DNA from: the human T2T-CHM13v2.0 reference genome, Homo sapiens
Direction: 5' to 3' (one strand)
Assembly (NCBI RefSeq): GCF_009914755.1
Contig: NC_060928.1
DNA length: 64,000 nt
The notes under the pieces are model-generated. The model was given only the letters and a program-made list of their open reading frames with translations. It was not told the origin of the DNA and made no database searches. Made by a program: the position numbers and the translations under genes. Shown in pieces: positions 1 through 22,787 of this stretch. Each line of letters starts with the position of its first letter. Positions within the stretch are counted from its first letter, which is position 1.

Positions 1-489
1 TATTATTATTAACCTAATTATAATGTTATGACTTCGGAAACCTTTTTACTATTCTGTTATATAACAAGTTTTGCTTTTTATTTTTTCTATTTTTAAAATA
101 CCTATCAGGATAATTTTCGCAGAAAAGAGTAAGAAATGCAAGCATTCTCCAGATAACAAGAATGATAGGAAGTTGAATGAGGATAATAATGGGAATTAGA
201 TTGATCCAATATGGACATGTTTCATAGATCTTTAAACTATATTAAATTATCATAATAAATAAACTATTTAAACTTTATTAAATTGTCCATTTAAAATGTT
301 TATTTATGGGATAATGATGTGAGTTGAATGTGCAGAGTGTGGAACATAAAATGTAAATAGTTTGGTACATAGTATGGAAACAATAGTGCCACAGAACTAG
401 TCTTTAAGCCTACCTAGATGGCATAAATAATAGAATCTTCTGGTTATTTTCCTAAAGATAATTTTCATGCCTAAGAAAGAAACAATATT

Positions 490-2835
<2,346 letters not shown>

Positions 2836-2836
2836 A

Positions 2837-2838
<2 letters not shown>

Positions 2839-2880
<42 letters not shown>
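2839..2880. repeat. (TA)n microsatellite at the L1 tail
   Basis: About 21 perfect TA units. Confidence 0.95.
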
Positions 2881-2886
<6 letters not shown>

Positions 2887-3774
2887 GTTAATTCAAAAAA
2901 TAATAATCAGCTCCTCTCTAATAAGAGCAGCGATGGAGTATGCTGTTGGCATTCATATGTCCCTTCATACCACAACAACATAAAGATGAACATAAAGATG
3001 ACAGCTTTGACAGATGTCAAAAGACAGCTGTAAGGGACAGGGAAATTGACAGGTAACATTCCACTATTGAATTCCAGTTGTTACTGAAGTCCAAATTTAT
3101 TTCTGATTTTCCTATATTTTTATTGCTCAACTGTTCTTACCTGTGTTCTGGGATCAGCATACTATTCTCCCTTCTCAATTTTCTCACTAAAATCATTAAA
3201 ATTAAGTTGTTTGTTTGTTTGTTATGTATAGCTAAGAGTGCTAGTACTGCCAGAGACATAAAGAGTGAATTGTACCTAATCAGCAAGCTTATCTATCATT
3301 GCATTTCAAGATTCAAATAGGCAGTTGTGTACCATTCTGCCAGCTTTTACCCTTATGTTGATTATGTAAGTTAATTTTTAATCTTACCATAGCCACAGAT
3401 AGAGAAATTGAAGACAGTGCATCTTTAACAATTGAGTGTTCGCAAAATCACAGGAAACAAAAGAAAAGTGTGTGCTTCCCAGTCATCTGCATATATTTCC
3501 TTCCTAAATAGGATCAACAATTTAGGAAGATGAAAGTGTAGTAAAAATTTAAAAAACAGCTGTCTGTACCTAACATGTGAAACATGGGTTTGGGAAATAT
3601 AGCTATTGTGAAGATTTAGAAATCACTCTAATTGTACATGAGCACCCCCAGGATTATTATTATTTTAACATACAGTAGGACAAAGTCATTCACTTTTCTA
3701 TTTTCTAGACCTAAGAAAGTTTGGTGCATGGTCCCAGTATCTCCATCATAGTCCTTCAAAATTTAGGCCTTGGG

Positions 3775-4105
<331 letters not shown>

Positions 4106-4157
4106 CTAATTTTGTGTTCCCCAGGGTTGTCAATCTTTGATGTCATTGGTTTCAATG

Positions 4158-4271
4158 TTAGAAAAATGCTAGATTTCTGCAGAAGATCATTCGTAAATAC
4201 TGAAAGATATTGCCTACTGGTTTCAAAGGTTTAAAGTCTGGGATATATTGATAGGGTTCATGGACTCTATT
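4158..4271 (-). CDS. Speculative terminal coding exon (NRVHEPYQYIPDFKPLKPVGNIFQYLRMIFCRNLAFF*)
   Basis: Unique sequence; minus-strand acceptor tttttctatctatatgtag, then an open frame from phase 0 to TAA. No homology recognised. Confidence 0.2.
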   Translation of the reverse strand, partial: NRVHEPYQYIPDFKPLKPVGNIFQYLRMIFCRNLAFF

Positions 4272-5204
4272 CTACATATAGATAGAAAAATGCATGCAAC
4301 ATACTATCCTTTTCAGGTATTAAATCAGCTGACCAAAGAGTATCTGTGTTTCTTCCTTTATCTTATATTTTTAAATGATATCTCTACATTACTGTGTTTT
4401 CAGACCTAATAATGAGGAGATAAGTTGTACAGATTTGAAAGCATTTTGTACTACTTATGCAGTTGCAATAAGTTATCTTTTTAAATTATTTATCTTCTCA
4501 TATATATTTCAAACTGTATTATTATGTAGATTTTTCACAGCATTTCAGATAATTAGTGTAACCTCGACCCTGATGTTCAGAAAAATTTGCAACCAAAAAA
4601 TAATATTTTGATTTCTTTTGATTTCTTAAGAATACTTTGATGTACTTGGTTGTATAAATGAATGGAACCAGAATTCATTATTTTTACAAGGAAGTAATTA
4701 TAAAATATACTTAAAAATAATATGTAAGTGATATCACACCACAATACATGTGCATTTAAAAAATGCTGAAAAAACTGTTTTCAAATGAATAATGGTTAAA
4801 AGTTGACTATAATATATTAGTACCTTTGTAGAGTTTCAGGTTGTCATTATATAATTTCACTTATTTGTTCATCACAATAGGACATTTCTCCCCTTCCCTT
4901 TTATACATAAAAGAACAATGAACCTCAGGAATTTAAGTGACTAAAGTGCCCAGAAATCAGGCAGACAAGCTGGGTCATGTTTTTGCTTGGACTTGAACCA
5001 CAATATTCTACCCTTATATTCATTGCATAATCTGCTGGCCCACAAGAACATTGACCCATTCTTTCGCCAAGTATTTTTAAAGTACACTATATAAGCCACA
5101 TTCTGAGGATTTCTTTGTAATGTGCAAAAGTTATACTTTTCTCCATGGTTGTTTCAATCTAATGAGTAAAACAGTGATCCAAGTAACAATTGAAAATGTA
5201 ATCA

Positions 5205-12310
<7,106 letters not shown>

Positions 12311-12317
12311 TATAACT

Positions 12318-13680
12318 CATACAAATGGCCAACAGATATAAGAAAAAATGTTCAACATCACTAATCATCAGATAAATGCAAATCAAAACCACAAAGAGAT
12401 ATTATCTTACCCAGTTATAATGGCTATTATTAAAAAGACAAAAATACTGAGAAGGATGTGCAAAAAAAGGAATTATTGGTGGTGGGAATGTAAATTAGGT
12501 CAGCCACTATGGAAAACAGTATAAAGATTTCTGTAAAAAGCCAAAACAGAGCTTCCATGTGATCCAGCAATCCACTACTGGGTTGATACGATTTGCGTCT
12601 GCCCCACCCAAATCTCATCTTGTAGCTTCCATAATTCCCACAGGTTGTGGGAGGGACCCAATGGGAGATCATTGAATTATAGGGGAGGGTCTTTCCCATG
12701 CTGTTCTCATGATAGTGAATAAGTCTTACAAAATTTGATGGTTTTAAAAATGGTAGTTCCCCTGCATAAGCTCTCTTTGCCTGCTGCCATCCATGTAAGA
12801 TGTGACTTGCTGCTCCCTGCCTTCCAGCATGATTGTGAGGCCTCCCCAGCTATGTGTAACTATAAGTCCATTAAATGTCTTTTTCTTTCCAGTTTTGGGT
12901 GTGTCTTGATCAGCAGCATAAAAACAGACTAATACATGTGTATTTATCCAAAGGAAAATAAATAGTATATCAAAGGCATACCTTTATTTATTATTTATTT
13001 ATTACAGCATTATTCACAATTACAAAGATAGGGAAGCAATGTAATGTTCATTAACAGGTGAATGGATAAAACGTTAAATATATATGCCCAGTGAAATACT
13101 ATTTGGCCTTAGTGAATAATGAAATCTTGTTATTTGCAGCAAAATTAATGGGACTGGTGGTCATTGTGTTAAGTGAAGTAAGCCAGGCACAGAAGGGCAA
13201 ATATTGCCTGCTGTCACTCATATGTGGGAGCTAAGAGGTTGAACTCATGGAGGTAGAGAGTAGAGTGACAGATACCAGACACTGGGAAGGATGTGTGGTT
13301 GGGGGTAGATAAAGAGATATTGGTTAATGGTTAAAAACATACAGTTAAACAGAAGGAATAAATTATAATGTTTCATAGTAGACAGAAGGAATAAATTATA
13401 ATGTTTGATAGCAGAAAGAAGGAATAAAATGTTTATTAGTAGAGTAGGGTCACCATACCTTACAACAGTGTATTGTATATTGCAAAATAGCTAGGACAGA
13501 GGACTAGAAATGATTCCAACACATAGAAGTGATAAATACTCAAGGACACACTCAAGGATAAATACTCAAGGGCACCTGACTTCATCATTGCACAGGCTAT
13601 GCATATAATAAAATGTCACTTGTACACCATAAACGTGTACACATATGTGTATGTATTATGTATATTTACACATAATAATA
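12318..13680 (+). mobile_element. Second L1 3' end (L1MA4-6-like), interrupted by a THE1 LTR
   Basis: catacaaatggccaac...caacatcactaatcatcag...aaatgcaaatcaaaaccac, then an L1MA-type 3' UTR (gaactcatggaggtagagagtagagtg). Confidence 0.85.
12584..12936 (+). mobile_element. THE1 (MaLR) solo LTR
   Basis: Starts tgatacgatttg...ccccacccaaatctcatcttg and ends cagactaataca; 5-bp TSD tgggt/tgtgt inside the L1. Confidence 0.9.
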
Positions 13681-13699
13681 TTTTCTCAAAAACTTAAAC

Positions 13700-14020
13700 A
13701 TGAAACTTTCATGCAATCCATCATTTCTCCTTTAGGGTATAAACCCAAAGGAGTTCAAGCAGGGACTCAAATATTTGTACACTGAGGTTCATAGGATCAT
13801 TTTTCATAATAGCCAAATGAGAGAAAAAATCCAAATGCCCATTGATTGGTGAATGGATAAGCATAACGTAATATATATGTACAATGAAATATTCAAGCTC
13901 AAAAAGGAAGGGAATACTGACGGATGCCACAAAATAGATGTGCCTTAAGATGTTATGCTAAGTGAAACAAGTCACTCACAAAAGACAAATATTTATGTGG
14001 TTCCATTTTATATGAATAAG
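13700..14020 (+). mobile_element. Old L1 (L1MB-like) 3' fragment
   Basis: cagggactcaaatatttgtacac...cccattgattggtgaatggataag...atgctaagtgaaacaagtcac. Confidence 0.7.
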
Positions 14021-15404
14021 AACATAAACTTGTGAGAATCTAAAAGACATTTTTTACAAATTTCAGATAAGCACAGAAACTTTTACAAGACCATCATTTA
14101 AAAATTTGTGTATCAAGCATTATCTATATCCCAAATACTCCCAAGTGAAAAGTAATTTGCTTATTTCATTTAGAGAAAGATAGATGTTAAAGTTTAGGTT
14201 TCAAGAATTATTCAGAAATGTCCATTTAGTATGAATACTTTGTATTTTTAGTAGACCACATGTAAAGAATGTGTCTGTTTTTTTTTTTATGAAATACATT
14301 TTGGATTGCAAATTTCTTTTGTTTAACAATAGTCTGTGTCCCACCAGTAGCAGGAAAGAATCATGGAGGCATTTAAATATATTTATGATAAATCCAGGTT
14401 TGTTTATTTTTTTCATTCTAGCTGACAGTTCAGGAGGAAAGTTTCTTGGCTCTGACAGATAGCCCACTCCTCTACCTCCACAAAATACTGAGATACACAC
14501 AGGGGAACAATGCATATTTTCATTTTTTTTTTTTTTGAATTTGAAATTTTAGTTGCGTCATGAGTCTGATACCAAAAAGCAGCCTTAGAGGAAAATACCT
14601 TTTATTGACTGCAATAGTATTGTGAAAAGTTTCAATCATGTGGATGTGTATAGACCTTGTGTTTGAAGATAAACATTCAATTGCAGTAATCTTATTTTGG
14701 TATTGGGTGTCTTATTAGGAAATGGCATAACTCACTGCTCAGTGAGTCATGTAAGTGGGTCAAAAGAGGTGAATGCAAGTTTATGGTTTGGGACCAACCA
14801 ATTTGATAGTGATTATTTTGATATTTCTTGAAATCAAGTTGACCATTTATGGTCAAAATAATAATAGAAAAACACAATATGTCCATTGTACCTTGGCTTA
14901 AAAAATACATGAACATCATTTTCTAAATAGCATTTTGTATTATCTACCTGGCTTGTAAAGTAGGTAGAGCAAATCTGGAAACAAAGACACAAGAACGTGT
15001 CTGAGAACCTAAAATTAAAAGTATAAATATAGGGCATTGGATTTGCCTTTGTTTTGGTTTTATTTTTAAATTATATTTAAAAATTGATAGATAAAATTTT
15101 ATGTATTTACCATGTATAACATAGTGTTTTCAAGCATATGTCTATTGTGAAATGACAAAATCTAACCATTCAAAATCTACGTTACCTCACATTGTCATCA
15201 TTTTTGTGTTGGAAACATTTTGCATAGGAGCATCAGATTTGAAATTTAAAACAAGTCTTCCATTGATCATTTCAAATCATTACACATATTTTGAATGTAT
15301 ACATCTACTTGTCTTCACAAAACTTTTCTCTTTTATTCTAAAGTTTCCTTTTGGCTTATGAGTATGCTCCATAACAACTACTTCAGTGCTAAATTTATTA
15401 ATTT

Positions 15405-17360
15405 TTTTATTTATTTTTTAAACTTTAAGTTCAGAGTACATGTGCAGGCTTGTTATATAGGTAAACTAGTGGCATGGGGGTTTGTTGTACAGATTATTTC
15501 ATTATCCAGGTATTAAGCCTAGTACACATTAGTTATTTTTCCTGATCCTCTCCCACCTTCTCCTGCCCTTCACCTTCCAGTAGGCTCCAGTGTCTGTGTG
15601 TGTCCCCTCTGTATGTCCATGTATTCTCCTCCTTTAGCTCCCACTTATAAGAGAGACGGTGAGATTTGGTTTCTGTTCCTTCGTTAGTTTGCTGAGGATA
15701 ATGGCCTCTAGCTTCAGCCATGTTCCTGAAAAGGACATGATCTTGTTCTTTTTTATGGCTACATAGTATTCCATAGCATATATGTGCCACATGTTCTTTA
15801 TTTAGGAAACCATTGGTGAGCATTTAAGTTGATACCATATCTTTGCTATTGTGAATAGTGCTGCAGTGAACATACATGTGCATGTATCTTTATGACAGAT
15901 TGATTTATATTCCTTTGGGTATACCCGGTGATATGGTTTGGCTCTGTGTCCCCACCCAAGTCTCATCTCAAATTGTAATCCCTATGCATCAAGGGAGTGA
16001 CTTGGTAGGAGGTGATTGGCTCATGGGGGTGGTTTCCCCCACGCTGTGAGAATGAGGGAGTTCTCATGAAATCTAATGGTTTTAAACTTCCTTGCTCTGT
16101 CTTGCTCTTGTCTGCCACATATAAGATGTGCTTCGCTTCCCCTTTACCTTCCGTCATGATTGTAAGTTTCCTGAGTCTTCTCCAGCCATGCAGAGCTGTG
16201 AGTCAGTTAAACCTCTTTTGTTTACAAATTACCCAGTCTCAGGTAGTGTCTTTATAGCAGTATGAAAATGGACTAACATACCCAGTAATGGGATTGGATT
16301 GCTGAGTTGAATGGTAGTTCTGTTTTTAGCTCATATAGGAAAAACCCACACTGCTTTCCACAATGACTGAACTAAGTTACACTCCCACAAACAGTGTATA
16401 AGCATTCCTTTTTCTCTGCAACCTCACCAGCCTCTATTATTTTTTTCACTTTTTAATAGTAGCCATTCTGACTGGTGTTAGATGGCATCTCATTGTGGTT
16501 TTGATTTTCATTTATCTAATGATCAGTGATGGTGAGCTTTTTTTTATGTGCTTGTTGGCCACATGTATGTCTTCTTTTGAAAAATGTCTGTTCATGTCCT
16601 CTGCCCACTTTTTTGTGGGGTAGTTTGTTTTCTTGTAAATTCATTTAACTTCCTTATAGATACTGTATATTAGACCTTTGTCAGATGCATAGTTCGCAAA
16701 ATTTTCTCTCACTGTAGATTATCTGTTTATGCTGCTTATAGTTTCTTTTGCTGTGCAGAAGCTCTTTAGTTTAATTAGCTAACATTTCTCAATATTTGCT
16801 TTTTTTGCAGTTGCTTTTGGCATCTTCTTCATGACGTCTTCACCCTTGCCTATGTCCAGAATGGTATTTCCTAGGTTTTCTTCCAGGGCTTTTGCAGTTT
16901 TGCGTTTTACATTTAAATCTTTAACCCATCTCGAGTTGACTTTTTTTATATGGTGTAAGGAAAAGGTCCAGTTTGAATCTTCTGCATATGCCATATTCCA
17001 GCACCATTTATTTACAATGGAGTCCTTTTCCTATTGCTTATTTTTGTCAGCTTTGTCAAATATCAGTTGGTTTTAGGTGTGTGGCCCTATTTCTTGGCCT
17101 CTATTCTGTTCCACTGGGCTATGTGTCTGTTTTTGTACCAGTACCATGATGTTTTGGTTATTGTAGCCCTGTATCATAGTTTGAAGTTGAGTAATGCGAT
17201 GCCTCCACCTTTGTTCTTTTTGCTTAAAATCGCCTTGGTTATTCGGACTCTTTTGTGGTTCCATATGAATTTTAAAATAGTTTGTTTTTCTAGTTCTGTG
17301 AAGAATATCATTGGTAATTGGGTAGGAATAGCATTAAATCTATAAATTGCTTTGGAGAGG
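15405..17360 (-). mobile_element. 5'-truncated L1 (older L1PA, about PA13-16), interrupted by an MST LTR
   Basis: Reverse ORFs give [23 protein letters not shown] and [12 protein letters not shown]-like ORF2p; T-rich tail at ~15405. Confidence 0.9.
15929..16280 (+). mobile_element. MST (MaLR) solo LTR
   Basis: tgatatggtttggctctgtgtcccc...ggactaacata; TSD cccgg/cccag. Confidence 0.9.
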
Positions 17361-17423
17361 ATGACAGCCCTAAATTTAAATGAGCTTTTCTTAATAGACA
17401 TTTATTTCATGTTTACCTATTCT

Positions 17424-17640
17424 ATGGTTTCTCAACCATGGCACTATACACATTTTGGCTCATATAATTCACTGTTCTGGAGGTTGTCCACTGCATTGTA
17501 GGATGTTTAGCAGCATCCCTGGGCCCTCTACCCACCAGATGCCAGAATTATCCTTGCTTTCCCAGTTGTGACAACTGAAGATGTCTTCAACCATTGCAAA
17601 ATGTCATCTGGGGTTTTAAATAACATCCAACTGAGAACAA
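17424..17640. mobile_element. MER20 (hAT-Charlie MITE)
   Basis: ggtttctcaacc...gcattgtaggatgtttagcagcatccctgg...ccagatgccag...tgagaac. Confidence 0.8.
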
Positions 17641-17840
17641 CCAATTTATGCAAAATATTTATATAACTTCATTTACTATTTGGATATGTTTGGGTACTGA
17701 TAAGCCTAAAGATTCTTCCTTTAGTTCAGTTGCTTGCTCCTTGCTTAAGTCTTTGGGCTGGTTCACAGGAAATTAAGTAAAAGCCATTGTCCCACAACAG
17801 GTCTTATGGTGGGTATATTTCTCCTTTTAGGAAGACTTAC

Positions 17841-17918
17841 AGGCTGGTTGACATAAGTACCGACAACTCTAGCACTGGCTGAATGTGTTTTGCCAACTGA
17901 GTAATCTCGGTTGATAAG
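17841..17918 (-). CDS. Candidate 78-bp symmetric internal exon (LINRDYSVGKTHSASARVVGTYVNQP)
   Basis: Acceptor cctcctgccaactgtgtttag and consensus donor CCT|gtaagt; open frame phase 0-0 in unique sequence. Confidence 0.3.
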
Positions 17919-18439
17919 CTAAACACAGTTGGCAGGAGGATATCTTTCTCACCAGAAGCCTTGGCATTGAAGTGATTCTAGTTGTGGGTACATGATTTTA
18001 TCTTTGTAAACTTCTTGTTATGGATTATAATATTGGTAATTATCATCAACTAATAATTAACAAGAAGAAGGGTATTTAATGTAGACCCAAGGCAGAAGTT
18101 GATTTTCGCCCCTCTTTTAGTAAAGGAAATAACAATTCCAGGTTCTAATGATCCTGGTGGTACTGAGTCCCTGACCAGTTTTTTAGGAATTATCAAAGAT
18201 AAATCTGGATTCCATTTTAACAGTAGGAAATCCAGCTTAATACTCTTAAATTCAAACCAGTATGCTAAGTGTATCCATTTTCCCAAACTTTACTTACTCA
18301 AGCAACAGAATATGGCATACTAGAAATCTATAGAAGACAGGTAGCATTTTTTGGCTCCTTCTAATTCCGTATACTCAGTAAGAACTTGAACTTATCACGT
18401 TATTTTAATATTTACAGTGTTTATTGCCTAATCTTACCA

Positions 18440-18560
18440 TCACACCCTCACAGAGGTTAAGTAACTTACCCAATGTCCAACAGCTAGGAACAAGTAGCGC
18501 CATGGTTCAAATTCAAGTATTTCTGTTTTCAGAGCCCACTCTTTCTAAACTACTCTGCCT
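18440..18560. mobile_element. MIR fragment
   Basis: cacagaggttaagtaacttaccca...cagctag...ttcaaa...cagagccc core. Confidence 0.7.
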
Positions 18561-18981
18561 TTAGTGACAATGAATCATTTTTCCTGAAGAAAGAGATGAT
18601 GTTTCACACTGCATTTGAGCGTAGTACAGCACACCTGATGTAGAGAAAGTAATTGTTTCTTTCTCTTTGTTTATCTTTAGAGATGCATACTTTATATACT
18701 TCTGCTGAGAGGAACAGGACATAAAGATTCCTACCACTAATAAACTGCTACTGGTTTGATTACTGAGCCTTAATAAGTCCATTCAAGAGCGTTATTTGTA
18801 AGGCATGGAATAATATAATTCTGATATAGTGCATAAAGTGTGCAAGGAAACTCATAAGCTCATAAAAAGTGAGAATTTATACTTTTGATTCCGAAGTATT
18901 ATCATCTATTTTATGCCTGTCTTCCACATGCCGACTTTATGCTAGGTATTTGGGGTAAAATGTTATATAAGCATAGTCTCT

Positions 18982-19944
18982 TTCCTTAGTTCCTAGGGCT
19001 GCTATAACAAATCACCACAAATGTGGTGGCTTAATATGACATACATTTTATTCTATCACAGTTCTTTAAGACAGAAACAGAAATCAAGGTATCAGTAGTA
19101 CCATGGCCACTCTGAAGGTTATGGGGGAAAGATTCCTCCTTGCCTCTTTGAGCTTCTGAATGTGGCTCCCAGAATTCCTTGGCCTTTGGCTGTATGACAC
19201 TAATCTCTGCCTCTGTCTTCACATGCTCTTATCCTCTGTCTGTGCTTTTCTCCTTTGTCTGTTATAAGGACATGTATCATTGGATTTAGGACCCTTGCAA
19301 TCCCTGCCCTTACAACTTAGATCTGGGAGGGTTTATTGTTAAGCAGAAGATTTCTAATATAGAAAGTGTGATCTATTTTAGTCTTCACTATGATGTCATA
19401 TTAAACTTGAAACTTGTGTTTAGGAAGAAACTGGACATGTTGACTGGGGGCCAGGACATTTTCTGGGCACTGGCTATTTCTGTTCCTTCAAAGGCCTGGC
19501 CTGCTAATCAAAAAGAACTCATCTGATATCCACATCACTCTATATGTGGCCCCAAATCCCATAATATTCTTACACAGCATGATAACTACTGGCAACACCA
19601 AATCATACATTGCTGTAGGTCAGACAATATTTGGGCTCTTCCCATGGCTGTAGATTTGGGGACGTTTGGACTTGCTTGTTTTCAGATGACAAATGTCCAC
19701 CTAAATCTGATAATTGGCTTATTATGTAATTTATTGGTTTTATTATAGTAGAGATTGGTAACCTACAGTAAAATTTTCAGATAACCTGGTAATCAGATAA
19801 CTCAGATAATCCAGGATGATGTTATTTTGATATCCCTAACTTAATTACATCTGCAAAGACCCCTTTTCCAAAGAGAGTCACATTCAAAAGACCTGGGGTT
19901 TAGGGCATGGCATACTTTTGGGGGACACCGGTCAACCCACTGCA
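18982..19944 (-). mobile_element. MLT1 (MaLR) solo LTR split by a ~0.5-kb insertion
   Basis: gggctgctataacaaatcaccacaaa...ggcttaa start; ggatttagg.ccc | insert | cagataatccaggatgat...ttaattacatctgcaaagacc. Confidence 0.85.
19295..19780 (+). repeat. Direct local duplicate (derived copy) of 20803-21287
   Basis: Manual alignment at constant offset 1507; about 25 substitutions over ~470 bp and one 1-bp indel near the start. Confidence 0.97.
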
Positions 19945-20802
19945 ATTTCTTCTCTGGAGGAATTCAAAATTTAACATTGGAATTGTCAGGCAAACAAATA
20001 CATGCTAGAATTTTACAGATCCTGTGACAGAAGTCTGTACATGGCATAGTAGAGGACACAAAGGAGTAAAACACATACCATCTGGAGGGAATTCAAGAAA
20101 GGCTGCATTTAAAAAAAGATACTTCTTCAACTTGTTCTTGAAACCAAAGAATGAAAATATAGGAGAAAGAAATTATTTGGGCTTCCTAAGCAGAAGTAAT
20201 ACACTGTATTTCATTGCCTGCAGATGTGTTTTGTTTGGCCCATACCATATTTGCCTACACAATGTTTAAAAATTAACTGAATTAGTTGTCAACGTTTAAA
20301 TCCTGAAACATTTTGCACAAAAATCTGGATTTCCTGCTTCTTTTTAAAAAGTGGAAGATCTAGCATTATTAGTCCTATATTAATGTTTGACAAAAATCAG
20401 CTGGAGCTGAGTGGAAATACTACCTTTGGATGAACCTGCACTTTCCAGTTCTAAAATATCCATAGAACTCCCTCTCATTTATGACATAATTAGGCCAAGT
20501 GTCAAGTGGCATTTGTTGTTGTTGCTGCTATCATACTTGTGCTGTTTTCTGCATGATAGAGTTAGGAGTAAAGACAAACATTAACTGTGTCTCTATGAAA
20601 AAAAGCTAAGTAATGATAGAGAGGACTTTGTTATTTAAAACAATGTGAGAGTGCATACTTGTATATAGAAGGAAATAACTTTTTTGTCTTTAACATGCAA
20701 CGTGTGTTTGGGCTGAAAATAGAAAATGTTCTTATCCTTGCTCACTTGATTCACTTGATTTATTGATGTTCCCTGTGCATTTTGCTTCTGTGGGCATTGG
20801 AA

Positions 20803-21287
20803 TTGCAACCCCCCCCTTACAACTTAGATCTGGGAGGGTTTATTGTTAAGCAGAAGATTTCTAATATAGAAAGTGTGATCTATTTTTGTCCTCACTATGA
20901 TGTAATATTAAGCTTGAAACTTATGTTTAGGAAAAAACTGGACATGTCGACTAGGGGCCAGGACATTTTCTGGGCACTAGCTATTTCTGTTCCTTCAAAG
21001 GCCTGGCCTGCTAATCAAAAAGGACTCATTTGATATCCACATCACTCTATATGTGGCCCCAAATCCCATAATATTCTTGCACAGCACGATAACTAATGGC
21101 AACACCAAATCATACATTGCTGTAGTCCAAAGAATATTTGGGCTCTTCGCATGGCTGTAGATTTGGAGACGTTTGGACTTGCATGTTTTCAGATGACAAA
21201 TGTCCACCTAAATCTGATAACTGGCTTATTATGTAATTTATTGGTGTTATTATAGTAGAGATTGGTAATCTACAGTAAGATTTTCAG
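20803..21287 (+). repeat. Source copy of the local duplication
   Basis: Same alignment; this copy is continuous with non-MLT1 flanks. Confidence 0.95.
21116..21207 (-). CDS. Speculative 92-bp exon (GHLSSENMQVQTSPNLQPCEEPKYSLDYSN); paralogous copy at 19609-19700
   Basis: ttag|GTG acceptor with a weak pyrimidine tract and AAT|gtatga donor; frame is open in both copies. Confidence 0.2.
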
Positions 21288-22349
21288 TTAGGATTTGAGA
21301 TTATGATAATAACTAATAGAATATTTCTAAATTGGAATTAGAAGATTGTTGTATGACAGAGAGTCAGGACTTGCCATTTGGCAAACATCAAAGTCATTGT
21401 TTGGTGTGTAATAGTACAAAATCATCTTGCTTAACAGAGAAAGGATATCTGTTGCTCCCGAATGAAACAATTTTTCTGAAATAGAGGGCCCAGAATTGGT
21501 CTCTGACAATTAATAAAGACATCAAAGATAGCAAAATGATTTTTATATCTTAGGGCCAATACTACCAATTTAATAATTAAAACAAGTTCTGGTGAGCTCT
21601 GAACTTGGCAGAATTGGTGGCAACATAGACTTTGGATTTTCCAAATTCCCCACATAAAACAAAGGGGATCAACTAGATAGAAAAACCAGAAACCTTTGGA
21701 AATATCTGTTAAAAAAAGAAAAAAAAAACTTGCAGTAAGCAAGTGCAAAAACGTAAACAAAACAAACAACAACAACAAAAACACCAACAGTCACAAAACT
21801 CTTATATCATCACTGGAAATCACGGAAGGGTACTTGACAACAGCTGAATCTGAGGAGGTCTTTGTTCACTCAAAAAATTAGTTAATACAAGGGGTTGTTG
21901 TCAGAGATTTTAGGGGCTAAAACTGTCTATTCCCTATGAATTCTAGAAATGGACTATCTGGGGAGCTGTATTAAAACAGAACCAAACACTGGAAACAGTG
22001 CTGTAAATGGAAGAAGAATTGAGAAGGATAAAATAAAAATAGATGAATAATAGATATGATTAAAATACAAGTGGAAGGGGAAAACAAAGCCAGGGAATCT
22101 CAGGAAATCAAGACATTATATTTTAGTTTACACCACGAAAACAACAGAAAATGAAAAAAATTAGAAATACATAACTTTAGAAAAATATAATTTCTTCTAA
22201 AAGTTAAAAAGCTAAATTTATATAAAAATAAATGACAGAAATTTATAAAGCCAAAATCTGATGCAATGTTACTATAAAACATAAAAAGAATAAAGAGCAA
22301 AATAACATCCCTGGAAATCATGAAAGCACACTGCATAGACATGCTCACA

Positions 22350-22755
22350 AAATCAATGCTGTAATATACAGTATCAAAGCAAGCTAGAAGACATTAGAAG
22401 ATGATACCAGAGTGAAACAATATAAACCATAATTTAAGAAAACTAATAAAATACTTGAAAATAGTCAACAAAGAATTAAAAATAAAAACTTTTTCAGAAT
22501 TAAACACAAAATATGAATAAAATTAAGAACTAACAAACACAGCAAATAATGATTCAAAAGAAATAAATACTGAAAAGCATAAAACTTTATAACAAAAAAA
22601 GAGCTAAAAGGATTCAAAAGAGAAAGAATATTAAAAATAGGTAAGGAAGATACAACTTATAAACAATAGAAGTCCCTGAATAATAAAAACAAAGCAAGAG
22701 AATAGAAGAAATACTAAATGCTACAATAAAGAAATCTTTCTTAAAATTAAGGAAA

Positions 22756-22787
<32 letters not shown>

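Noticed and set aside
14201-14515. 104-aa minus ORF as part of the exon chain
   Set aside because: Its open frame needs a phase-1 acceptor, which does not fit the phase-0 upstream candidate, and there is no good donor.
18050-18323. Overlapping 74-78 aa ORFs on both strands
   Set aside because: No recognisable domain or matched splice sites, and the lengths are within chance expectation.
19295-19780. Duplicate as a processed retrocopy, L1 3' transduction or assembly artefact
   Set aside because: It has no poly-A, TSD or intron loss. About 6% divergence and the clean interruption of an MLT1 argue against mis-assembly.
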